Below, piece after piece: positions 25,443-36,679 of a stretch of 36,679 nt of DNA. The DNA comes from Gonapodya sp. JEL0774 (Eukaryota), in NCBI GenBank assembly GCA_027604505.1, contig JADIIX010000181.1, positions 1 to 36,679 of the forward strand, given 5' to 3'. Under the pieces are notes generated by a model. The model saw nothing but the letters and a program-made list of their open reading frames with translations, ran no database searches and was not told the DNA's origin. Position 1 is the first letter of the stretch. Every line of letters starts with the position of its first letter. The translations under genes were made by a program, and so were the position numbers.

Positions 25443-28400
25443 ATGTCCTCTGAACTAGTACCATTGTTCGTCAAGATTGGTTTGACGGATCAAAAGGCCA
25501 AGGAGACTGCAGGCAATAAGAAGCTTGGGCCTGCACTCGCAGAACTCATTAAGTGTGTGAGTGTAACCTGTGTGCCCTGGCAGTGTACGAAGAAATTCAT
25601 CGTGAGGATCTCTCCTGCGATGCTCTGATCTCCAATTGAATTCGCTCCGGTCACGAATGAAATCCTTTGCCGACTGCACATCAATATTTTTCGCTTCTTT
25701 CTGCTTGTTCTCTTTGGTTATAACGTGCCAGGCTGGGTTGGAAAACGGGGTGGAGAAGGCAAAGGGTGTTCTTCTTTACTCCCTGGCCTCCACAATCACG
25801 CCAGATGCCCAGAAACATGCCGGCTACATCGCAAAAGCAATCGCGGACGGAAAACTGGCCTCGGCAGACCAGGTGACCGGTGAGTCGACCGCCCAACTGG
25901 GGACTCGGATCCTCATCGCCCAGGAAAGCGAGCACACATCAGACCGAAAGTACCTGCCTCAGAAAGTTTTATTGGATTGGCGAGTGGATGTGGATCTTTT
26001 GGTTGACTTTCTTTCCTCCTGTTGTTTTTCATCACCGGCCAAAGCGGCCATCAAGTTTGCTGAACGAACGTATGCCGACACGCTTGATGACGCAGAGTTC
26101 AACAAGGAGTGCGGTGTTGGTAAGCGCTCAGCTGTTCACCCCAATCGACTTTGTCAAATATTATAACATCACACCTACGGCGAACCTGACACATGTCAGG
26201 TGTTGAAATATCCCTCGAAGAAATCACATCGGCTGTCGCTACGCTTTTGTCTGAGCGGACCGAGTTGCTAGCAACGGAACGCTACCGGTCTTCCATAGGT
26301 CTACTCAAAGAGGCGCGGGAGCGCCTTCGCTGGGCGAACTCCAAAGCAGTTAAAGATGAATTAGACAAGCAAATTGCGGATATAATAGGCCCCAAGGATG
26401 AAAGGGATGACCCAAAGATGTTAAAGGTGAGTTGGTGTTTACCAACCGAAGGGGAAAAGTAATGCCCATCCATTCGTGCTCCGAAACTGAAGCTTACACA
26501 CGCGAACAAAAATCCACGTATATGTTTTTCCGTTAGAAAAAGGAATCAAAAGCTCCCAAAGTGCCAATCTCAGCCTCAGCCACTGCTACTCCCACCAGCG
26601 AAGTTCGCAAGCGCACCATCGCCGAATCTGCAAAGTCCTTTGACTATATCCTCGAAGGGGAACTGTCACGCCTTCACAAGCCTGGTGGCAATAAGCAAAT
26701 CAAGCCCGAGCTGATGGAGGAACACTTAAAAGCTACAGGAGGGAAAGTAATGACGAGATTTCCCCCAGAGCCAAACGGGTTCTTGCACATTGGTCATGCG
26801 AAGGCTATGAATGTGAGCTTCGGGTATGCGGAGGCATATGGTGAGTCTGGAGTGGATGATGTGGATGATCGTATAATCCAGTGATTCCGAATCCGTTGTC
26901 CAATTGGAGGGGATGCGGCTGGACTATTTGCTTTTTGGAGTGATGAACTCGGGAAACACTGATGACGGATTTCGAATCGTTTATCATTTCAGGCGGTCAT
27001 TGTTACCTGCGTTATGATGACACGAATCCCGAGGCTGAAGAGCCACGGTACTTCGACGCGATCTTGGAGATGGTCACTTGGCTGGGTTTCCGACCTTGGA
27101 AGATCACCTACGCTTCGGATCACTTCCAGCGACTGTACGACCTGGCCGTGGATCTGATAAAGCGGGATAAAGCATTTGTATGTCACTGCACAGCCGAAGA
27201 AATGCACCGCATGCGGGGTGGAGACTCTGGGGGTGGGCGGATCGAATGCCCTCACAGGAATCGCCCCATTGCCGAGTCGGTCCGTGAGTTCGAGCGGATG
27301 CGAGAAGGTCGGTACGCAGAAGGAGCGGCAACGCTGCGGATGAAAATGGACATGCAGTCGGGCAACCCGCAGTTCTGGGACGTTGTGGCGTATCGGGTCA
27401 TGTTCACTCGCCATGTGAGGACTGGAGATGAGTGGTGCGTTTATCCCACATACGATTACGTCCACTGCTTGTGCGATTCGTTTGAGAACATTACACACTC
27501 ATTGTGTACGCTCGAGTTTCGTAACTCGCGGGAGTCTTACTACTGGCTTATTGATGCTTTGGAGCTCTACAAGCCTGTGCAGTTTGAGTACGCGAGGCTC
27601 AACTTAACTGGAACCATCATGTCAAAGAGAAAACTCAAAGAGCTTGTTGAGGGTAACTACGTGTCTGGATGGGACGATCCGCGATTGTACACACTCATGG
27701 CCTTGCGGAGGCGAGGTTTCACGCCAACTGCGATCAATGCCTTCGTCCGAGACTTGGGTGTGACAACAGTCCAGTCCCTGGTAGACATGGGGCGGCTCGA
27801 GAACTACGTTCGCGAACACCTCAATGAGATCGCACCGCGTCTGATGGTGGTGACAGAACCAGTTAGGGTGGTCATCACGAATCTACCCGAGAACCACCTG
27901 GAGGAAATCACGGTACCCAACAAACCCAGAGACGATTCAATGGGTCATCATGTGATACCTTTTACTCGGATTGTCTACATCGAAGCGAGCGATTTCCGTG
28001 AGAAGGATGATCCAAACTATCTGCGACTTGCTCCAGGCAAAACAATAGGGCTTCTCAATGTGACCTTCCCTGTTACTGCTCTCTCATACACGAAGGATCC
28101 GGAAACAGGGCGTGTTACAGAAGTGCAGGCGGTGTACGAGAACGACCCGAATTCTCCCAAGAAGGCCAAGACATACATTCATTGGGTTGCGGACTCTCCG
28201 AAGCACGGTAGCCCGGTCCAAGTTGAAATCCGGACTTACTCTAGCCTCTTCAAGCACGCAAACCCGGACAATAAGGAAGAGGTACCTGGGGGATATCTCT
28301 CGGATATTGACCCCTCCTCTCTTAAAGTTATGCCCGACGCCTTTTCTGAAATTGGTGTCAAGACAGCGAAAGTTGGAGACAAATTCCAGTTCCTTCGGAC

Positions 28401-28570
28401 CGGTTACTATTGCGTGGATTATGATTCAGATGTTGACAATGGCAAGTTCGTGTTCAATCGGACGGTGTCACTAAAGGTAGGGTAATTGCGACCGTGTCTT
28501 GCCGGTGAACATCATGCTAAGAGTGTCATCATTCACAACTATTTAGGAGGATGCCAAAAAAGATGCCTGA
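25443..28570 (+). CDS. GLN4: Glutaminyl-tRNA synthetase (class I, with eukaryotic N-terminal domain)
   Basis: [18 protein letters not shown] (HIGH motif), [54 protein letters not shown] and [15 protein letters not shown] (TGA 28568-28570). Confidence 0.96.
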
Positions 28571-28589
28571 CCGTTGTACTATTAAATAA

Positions 28590-31500
28590 CTATTGTACAT
28601 TCTGTAGCAATTGAAGTGCCCTCTCCTCATCTTCTTCAAGAGTCGCAGCCTTGTGTCTCTTGTTCTTCACCATTTCATGATTCGATTTTCGACGCTTCCC
28701 GAGATTTGTTTGTCTGTCATCCTCCTCCGACTCTGAACCGAGCTCATCCGAATCATCATGTAAAGCTTTCATCCCATCCAGATGGTCTGCAAAGTCCTCA
28801 TCCGTCTCACTGTTGTCCCCACGCATATCGGGGGTCCGCCCTAAAACAACCGAACCACGGGCGACCTTGCTCTCATTTCCCATCTTCTTCCGCTCTTTCT
28901 CCTTCTTCGCTAATTTCTTCTCTCTTCGCTTGCCCTTCTCTGTCACCTTGTCTTGTGCATCCTGTTCCAGTATTTCCTGGCGGGTCGACTCCAGGTTAGC
29001 CGTGATCTTGGTTTGAATGTCTCCTCCAAGCGAGGAGTGGAACTTTTCCTCATGTTCAAGTTGATAAAATGGGACAGCCTGAAAGATGTGACACGAGAAT
29101 CGTGAAGAAAAGTGGATAGTACATTATTTGGACCAACAAGAAAACTTACATTCCCTTCATCATCGAAGAACGCTTTCTTTCCCAGACCGCGTGATTTCAA
29201 TTCTTTTTCCTTCCGACGAATCAGTTGTCGTTTTGAAAGCGGAACAGGGGGCTTTGAGGCACAATGTTGGATTAAAAATATCAATAAGGAGAACACGCAA
29301 TAGAACGGCTCACTTTCGTCTCAGTTTCCAAACCGTCGAGTTGATGATCTTTCCGCTTCAACTCAAACAGGTCAGTATCTTGCGGGTCTAATGCATCGGG
29401 GTGGAAACCTGTTGTCGCTGGGTTCGTCATCTTCTGATAGTGTTCCGACAGAACTGTCTGGTTCTTCCGCTGAAACAATCGGTCAACACGGGTGAGAGGT
29501 GCCTTCTTTTGCTTCTCCCAAAGGCGGAAAACATCAAATCAGTCGCCATAAACACCATGGAACGAAAATTCTTCATATTTACCGGGATACCTTCAGAGCC
29601 GATCTCGGGTTGACGGTCTAAGTCTTTACGCCGCCTGTCCTCAGTTCCTGCCCATTTGAGATCGCTCTCTATATCATCCTCGCTGGTCGAAACCGAGTCC
29701 TCATCAGAACTGGCGGCAATCTTGGGATCAGACTTCTTCCTTATATTCGAGTCATCCACTTTTGCAGGACGGGGCGCATTCTTTAGAAGCTTTGCTTTCT
29801 GCTCAACCCACCACAACTCTTGAGAATAACACACATCTTATCTGTTAAACCGACAATCAGCTCACAGCTACAAACTTGATCTTCGGGATGCCCGGCAATC
29901 CGTAGCTTGCAGCGAACTCTGCCGCGGGCATTTCGTGCACCTTGAATACTTTCTTGTTTGAAGCAATATGGACAGATCGAATATACGAAACAAAAGCCTT
30001 ATGCAAATGGCAGTGGACAAGAAAAAAGAGTCGACAATTGCTTTGAGTCGAGGACTCCCCAGAAGCATCAGCTTTGGCGTACCCACCTTTTGCCCCAGGT
30101 ACCGAATCTCTGGATCCTGGGCACAAAATCCCGCAATATGACCCTTTACTGACTCCACTTTGCTCAAGTTCGCCTTCACTTCCTCGATCGGCACCTTTAC
30201 TTTGTCGAGGGCTTCTACCATTCCTTCCTTCTCGGATGGGAGCAAAAACATGAGGGCGCTCCCGGAAGACTCATAGCGTGCGGTGCGACCGACACGGTGA
30301 ATGTATGTTGCGGCATCTTCTGGGCAATCAAGTTGTACAACCCAGTCAACGGCAGGAAAATCTAATCCACTATTCAGATGAAGTTCATTGCATGGAACGA
30401 GTCTGGTTCGATAGATTCAAACCGTAGAAGGAGCAACTCAACATACCGTGAGGCGATGTCAGTCGCGAACAGGCAAACGTTCTTCTTCTTGCTGAAAGCA
30501 TCGAAAACGCTCAATCTTTTCGCTTGCTTTTGTTTACCGTGCAAGCACATTAGCGGGATTCCTGGTTGCAACCTCCGGAACGTTTCAAACACAAATCGGA
30601 CTTGCTTGCAAGCTGACATGAATACAAGTATCTTCGACTTCAAGTGTGTCCTTAGAAACGTGTGCAAAAGGTCCAGCTTGTCTCCGAGCTCGACTACCAT
30701 GAAACGTTGGACGAGACGGCCAGGTGTGGCGTGCGCTGCCTGTTCGTGGACTGCGACATATTCTGGGTCCACTAGGGACAGACGCGCCAAGTCCGAGACG
30801 GATTTCGTTTGCGTTGCCGAGAACAAAAGCGTTTGTCTGACTTTTGGAAGGTTCTCGACGATGGCATTGAGGGTTTTTGAGAATCCGAGATCCAGTAATC
30901 GGTCAGCCTCGTCGAGTACTTTTGCGCCGAGCAATGTCAGAGCCAGCTATCACAAGTTATCAGAACACGTACCTAGCATCTTAAGATTGTCGCAATTGAA
31001 ATCAGGAGTCTGATCCATGTGTTGCAGGAGTCTCCCTGGAGTCGCCACCAAAATATTCATCCGATTCACTCGGTCCTGTTCATCTTTCAAGTTCTTTCCT
31101 CCGATCAGCAGTCCCGCAGAGAAAGTGTGGTGGTGCCCGACGCTCCGGAGAGTTTCGAATATTTGCAAAGCGAGCTCACGGGTAGGAGAAACAACGATTG
31201 CACCAACACCGTCCAAATGGGACCAACGTTCGCGGTAGAGAAGTTCCAGAATCTGAGTTTTATTAATGAATTAATACCTCCAATTGATGTATCCAGAGTC
31301 GAGGAAGGCAATTGATGAAACAACAGCCCGCCCCGACTTCCACCGTGATAGTGCGAGGACTCACAGGTATAATAAAAGCAAGAGTCTTTCCAGAGCCCGT
31401 TTTCGCCGCCCCAAGTACATCCCTCCCTCTGAGGCATGGAGGGAGTGCAGCCATCTGAATGTCTGTCATTTCAACGAAGTGCGCATCTGAAAGGCCTGCG

Positions 31501-31794
31501 GTATACAATTCCCCGAAAGAGCCGTTCCATTTGGCGGAGGATAGAGCTTCAGCGCGCAGCAAGGTTAACCATGGGTAACAATGGAGCCCACCTTTGAATG
31601 TATTCTGAGAAAGAGGAAGGGCCTCGAAGTCTCGTAGATTTTGGTTTGGAGTAGCGAGCTTCCGAGCAAAAGCATTTTGCCCTTTGTTGATGCTGGTCTT
31701 TATCACACGGGAAGCTACTTACCTCTTGTTCAATGCGCTCGTTGAGCTCTTCAATCTCCTTGAGCTCCGTGTCCTTTTTCGACTTCTTTCTCAT
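28590..31794 (-). CDS. DBP4: DEAD-box RNA helicase Dbp4/DDX10 (SSU processome)
   Basis: [121 protein letters not shown] and C-terminal [13 protein letters not shown]. The ATG at 31794 is the likely start. Confidence 0.95.
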
Positions 31795-31986
31795 GATTAA
31801 AGCCGGTTTGATCACCTATCAGTTAATCCACTCGAGTACTTTGTATCGCGATTAGAGACCGTTGGGGGTGCAAGAGAAAGTCTTCCAGAAGTGAAGTCTG
31901 ATCAGTGACCACAGCACATCCTCAGAATCGGACGTCCCACGTTGTATACTAACATTTGCGTCACCTTTTCACTCAAAGTTTCAATT
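31795..31986. promoter_or_regulatory. Putative bidirectional promoter between DBP4 and PHB2
   Basis: The divergent start codons are separated by only 192 bp. Confidence 0.55.
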
Positions 31987-33310
31987 ATGTCTCGCGGTTT
32001 TCGACCCAATCCAAATGCCTTCAATGAGATCATGCGAAATAATCCTCTAAAATCCCCCCAGGGTCGGGCAGTGTTCACGGGAACTGGACTTCTCGTCGGA
32101 CTGGGGGCGATTACCTTGGGCATCAACTCTGCGCTTTTCAACGGTATGTAAGCACGCCCAGACTCGACTCTTTCACATTCTTTGCGATTCATATTTTCCT
32201 GCCCTTGAAATGCTCTTGCCCTGCAGTTGATGGTGGTTGCAGAGCAGTCAAATACTCGCGTTTTTCTGGAGTCCGACCGGACGTGTATGCCGAGGGCACG
32301 CACTTGTTTGTGCCTTGGTTTGAAACACCCATCATTTATGATGTAAGAGCGAAGCCGCGAAATATCTCGTCGCTCACAGGGACGAAAGGTGCGTTCAACT
32401 CCATACCATGCCATTCGCTGCTCAGTCCCTCAGCTGAGAGCTTTATCTGTTCTCCATTCCATCTGTTCGGTGTACCTCACATCCTCACGTGGCCTATGGG
32501 CAGACCTTCAAATGGTCAACATCACGATTCGTGTTCTCTCTCGTCCCCGTGTTGAGTCGCTCCCGGTTATCTACCAGACCCTCGGTCAAGACTACGATGA
32601 GCGTGTGCTTCCTTCTATTGTCAATGAAGTCTTGAAGAGCGTCGTAGCGCAGTTTAATGCGTCGCAGCTGATTACACAGCGAGAGCGGGTGAGAGTCAAG
32701 TTTTATCGATAGATCATCGATCCCTTGTCTGACCACCATTTTATTCGCAATTTTCAGGTCTCACGACTGATTCGGGAGCAGCTCACTCGTCGGGCGTCCA
32801 ATTTTGAAGTCATCCTTGATGACGTGTCCATCACCCACGTCGCATTCTCGCCGGAGTTCACGCATGCCGTCGAGGCGAAGCAAATTGGTTAGTTACCTTT
32901 AACCAAAGTATTACCTGCATGTCCGGAACTTTCAATGTTAATGAGTTCGTCCTTATCCACGCAGCCCAGCAAGAGGCGCAACGAGCCTCCTACATTGTCG
33001 ACCGCGCTCGTCAAGAAAAGCAATCCATCATCATTCGTGCAGAGGGCGAGGCCTTGTCTGCCGAACTTATTGGCGAGTCTATCAAAAACAAGCCTGGCTT
33101 CATTGAACTCCGAAAAGTCGAAACGGCGCGACAGATTGCGGACGTTATCGCCCAGAGCAACAATAAGGTGTATTTGGATAGCGACGCGCTGTTGCTTAAT
33201 GTAACAGAACTGCTAAAAGGGTACGTTTTCTTGTTTTGCGGTGAACTTGATGCTGCTATGGGGAAACCAAATATCTCACCCTTTGCTTCAGGGACCCCAA
33301 AAAGAAATGA
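31987..33310 (+). CDS. PHB2: Prohibitin-2 (SPFH family, mitochondrial inner membrane)
   Basis: [88 protein letters not shown] and AQQEAQRA. The last exon ends at TGA 33308-33310. Confidence 0.95.
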
Positions 33311-33460
33311 TTCACAGACTTCCGGGTCTTTGTCATGAACGAGTTTTCTAGCTGCTTTATAAAAAAAATACATGCTTGCATCGTCATTATTGTACTCACA
33401 TATACCTTCTAGCCCCGACTCTGTTTCGCGATCGATCTATCATCGTGATCTGAGTTGACC

Positions 33461-34944
33461 ATGAGGATAATTGCACTCGAGGATGTCGATCTTCCACCGC
33501 GACTACGATCGAAAGTTGCTACCCAGGAAGGTTTGTCGTGCGACGCGGACATTTTCGTCTCTCGATCAATGAAAACTGTGATGGTTGACTTGACACTGTT
33601 CAGGAGACCAAGAACTGCTCACCGCCAATAGCCTCGTGTGCTTAACATCACAAGAGATTTCCCGTCGGTTCCAATTGTCGACTGCAGACGCGGAAGCCCT
33701 GCTGCTAGCATGCTCTGCCGCCCTCTTTACCCGTCCTTCCTTCACTGCCCTCTCACTCCTCTCTCCGACCGCACCGTACCCTCGCTTTCTCACCACAGGA
33801 TGTTCTATTCTAGATTCGGTGTTCCCTGCTGGCCGGGGAATCCCCACGGGATCGATCACGGAGATTTACGGAGAGGCGGGTACCGGCAAATCGATTCTCG
33901 CAATGCAGCTGTGTGCGACGGTCCAGCTACCTGTCGAATCGGGTGGATTGGAAGGTGGTACGTCGTAGTCTGAGAGTGAGCATGGACAACCAAGTGCACT
34001 TCTCACAAAGATTGATGATATTCTCAGCGGCGCTTTACTTCACGACATCAAACTATTTTCCTGCAGAAATGTTTTTTAGCATTCTGAAGCGGATATCCGC
34101 TACTCGTATCTCACCTCAAGTTGACGGCCCTTCCAATCGGCTTGCCCGTAACACTGAGGGAACCATCTGTACCAGTGGAGAATTTCCCGGGGAGACACTT
34201 CCAGAGCATCTTCAGGCTGCTGGTGCTAATGTCCTGATTCAGCCTTTGGTAGATGATGATCAGACACTCTCATACCTCTGTCATCTGCTACCTTCCATGC
34301 TAAAGACTGCTAAACAACCGATCCGACTCATAATTGTGGACTCTTTGGCCGCCCATTTTCGGGAAGATAGTACTGGTTTGGAAGGAGTACCTCAGGATCA
34401 CTCAATCAGTATTAAAGGCAGGAGTTCACGAGGTCAGGATCTCTATGAGTGTGCCAAATCACTGAAGCATGTTGCAGAATTGGGATACGGAAAGAAGGAA
34501 ACTGGTCACAGTACTAAGGAACACCCTGAGCTATTGATACGTCCAAGTTCAGAGACAAACAATGCTGTCCATCCTCTGGATCCTGGGATCGCTGTGGTGG
34601 TAATCAACCAAGTAGCCGCTAGGATGGCTCCTGAGAACACACTAGTTGGAAGGCCAGTGGATATTCTTAAGTACTATCCATTTGACCAGCATTGTCATGA
34701 AACCGATGCAAATGTGCCCAGTTTGGGACCATTGTGGTCAAACATGGTGAACACCCGCATTCAACTGAAAAAGAAGGCAACATTTACGCAGACTGAAGAT
34801 CTTACTGGTGGTGTCTGTAAAGATTACTCTCGCATTCCTGAAGTAGCATTGTCAAGGTGTCTCAGATTGGAGTTTTCACCGTGTCTTGGGATTGTGCCTG
34901 AGGTGCAATTTATTGTCACACCATCTGGCATTACTGGACTGTAA
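33461..34944 (+). CDS. RAD57: Rad51 paralog, Rad57/XRCC3-like
   Basis: Three exons from ATG 33461. LTTGCSILDSVF..GIPTGSITEIYGEAGTGKS (Walker A), MQLCATVQLPVESGGLEG, LIIVDSLAAHFR (Walker B), AVVVINQV and PSLGPLWSNMVNTRIQL. Confidence 0.85.
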
Positions 34945-35084
34945 TCACTTTTGCATACAAATTAATAGTACAATGCCGTGTAGGTAATAATTGACACGCT
35001 AAAGAGCATCTCAAACTATCTTGGCCACAATGCACGATGCAGTGAGTCGAAGCAAACTCAGGTACAAGGTGTGAGCAGATGGAT

Positions 35085-35374
35085 TGTGATATGAAAATTG
35101 AGGGCTGAGTCTCACTGTATTGTGATGGGACAGGCCCAAACAGTCGGAATTGAGACTCAGAGTCAATATGTAATGAGTCTGCTGACTGTTCAGGTGGTGT
35201 TCAGCCAACTAACCCATCACACATATATATGCCCAAACTACATTGTCGGAATTGCGGCTCTGTCTTATGTGCAACGCAGTATATTACAGTCAGTGCCGTT
35301 CATCTATGATGACAGGCTAATATGATTTACCCACTAAACATACAGATAATGTACACAGTGTCCATTCACCAACA
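35085..35374 (-). repeat. Probable 3' LTR of the copia remnant (about 290 bp)
   Basis: On the minus strand, a purine tract AGAGGAG (35381-35375) just after RNase H is followed by TGTTGG, a typical LTR start. There is an internal CATATATATG TATA-like element and a possible end ...TATCA/ATCACA at 35087/35085. The partner LTR is not in the window, so the end is approximate. Confidence 0.55.
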
Positions 35375-36330
35375 CTCCTCTGATCATGAACATCATGATC
35401 CACCATGGACCTCAGACATTCCCATACCAGTTCTGTGTTTCTGGAACAAATCCCTGGGAAGTGACTTTGTTAAGAGTTAAGACATCTGCAGTGTTCTTTC
35501 CAGTAGGAACATGTAACAATTGAAGGGTCTTATTCTTGATTCCCTCACAAACAAAGAAATACTTGAGCTTGAAAAGCTTTGTCATTTTTGTGATTCTTCT
35601 GGTTGTGGGCCAATGACAAGGCTCCTTTGTTATTGCCATATAAAAACACTTCATTCGGTTTGCCTTTTCCAATCAATTCCACATTTAATGGTAATTGTAT
35701 TCCAAGTTCAGAGAAAATGTTGTGGAACCACATTAGTTCCTTGACAGCATGATGTTGCAAGACAAATTTTGCATATGTTGTCGAATCTGCCAAAAGCTCC
35801 TGCTTTCCTGATGACCAGCTGATAGGCCCCCCTGACAATATAACAGATATCCTTGTCAAGTCTTCATATTGTGTCTGTCACACGCAAAAGAGGCATCATA
35901 ATAACCATGAAAATCAGTGTGCATCTTTGACGCCATGGATCATCTCTCACAATACAAGTTACTCCATAATAAGCTGTTCCCTTCAGCTTGCGCAACAGGT
36001 AGATTAAAGCATCAAAATGTTTCTTGCTAGGACTATCCAAGGCTTCACAAAGAATGCGGTTTGCTGTGCCGCAATCTGACCAACTAGTGGGAACAATAAA
36101 GTTAATGGCACCAACTCCATATTGATGTAGGGCTTTGTCAATGCCAACACATTCTGCTTTGTAGTGGGGCAATTTGCACAAGACAATAGTTCAGCTGGAT
36201 GAGTGGGTGTACTTGCCGGAATACAGTTACAAAGACCAAATTTCTTGATAAGAGCAAGGATTTGACTTTCACTGGTGATAGTAATAGTTTTGGTAACAAG
36301 ATCACAGTGAATCTGGTGTAGCGGGGCTGA
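35085..36330 (-). mobile_element. Degenerate Ty1/copia LTR retrotransposon remnant (RT C-terminal half, RNase H, PPT, 3' LTR)
   Basis: Frameshifted fragments match copia RT/RNase H: QIHCDLVTKTITITSESQILALIKKFGLCNCIPASTP, PSKKHFDALIYLLRKLKGT, GGPISWSSGKQELLADSTTYAKF, YGNNKGALSLAHN and LKYFFVCE..LLHVPTGKNTADVLT. No YVDD motif or integrase is visible, so the element is truncated. Confidence 0.88.
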
Positions 36331-36679
36331 CACTGGCGATGGTTGGAAGGGACAGAGAAGATGCGCGCTACTTGTATATCCATCTTTATACAGTCGGATT
36401 CCGCGAACTGCAGCTTCGCCATAACTGCAACCACATCTGTTCTCCTGACATGGGAGAATAGGCATCTGCAGCTTTTTCCTGTAACTGCCATCTGCAGGCT
36501 AACTGGAGGTTCGGAAGGGGGAGCTGCAGTTGGTGGGCGACCACCTGTACTGTGACAGGGAGCACGCAAGAGGACATTCCTCCAATGGGAGATTGTACAC
36601 CTTGCCAATTACTGTGAAGTTCAGTCCTCCAGAGCACAGTGTGAAGATTTTGAGTGCTGAAACAGCTGCTGATATGCAC

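Overview
Gene-dense, intron-rich eukaryotic DNA. It is inferred to be fungal, probably an early-diverging/chytrid-type lineage, from the short GT-AG introns with CTRAC/CTCAC-like branch points and fungal-type housekeeping proteins. In order: a 5'-truncated C2H2 zinc-finger gene with an exon-duplicated 37-aa repeat; RPL18; a PPR protein (probably mitochondrial); LPD1; a UBE3B/Hul5-like HECT ligase; a Snf2 ATPase with a prion-like N-terminus and a C-terminal PHD-C5HCH module; a Vps3/TGFBRAP1/Vps39-family gene (minus); glutaminyl-tRNA synthetase; DBP4 (minus); PHB2; a RAD57/XRCC3-like gene; and a decayed Ty1/copia remnant with a probable 3' LTR. I spliced the exon structures by hand. I found no clearly new multi-gene system. 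The best leads are: long introns that appear to fold into nested stems (all three RPL18 introns, plus PPR and GlnRS introns); the Snf2 domain architecture; the unknown repeat in the zinc-finger protein; and CpG depletion extending from the retroelement into RAD57.
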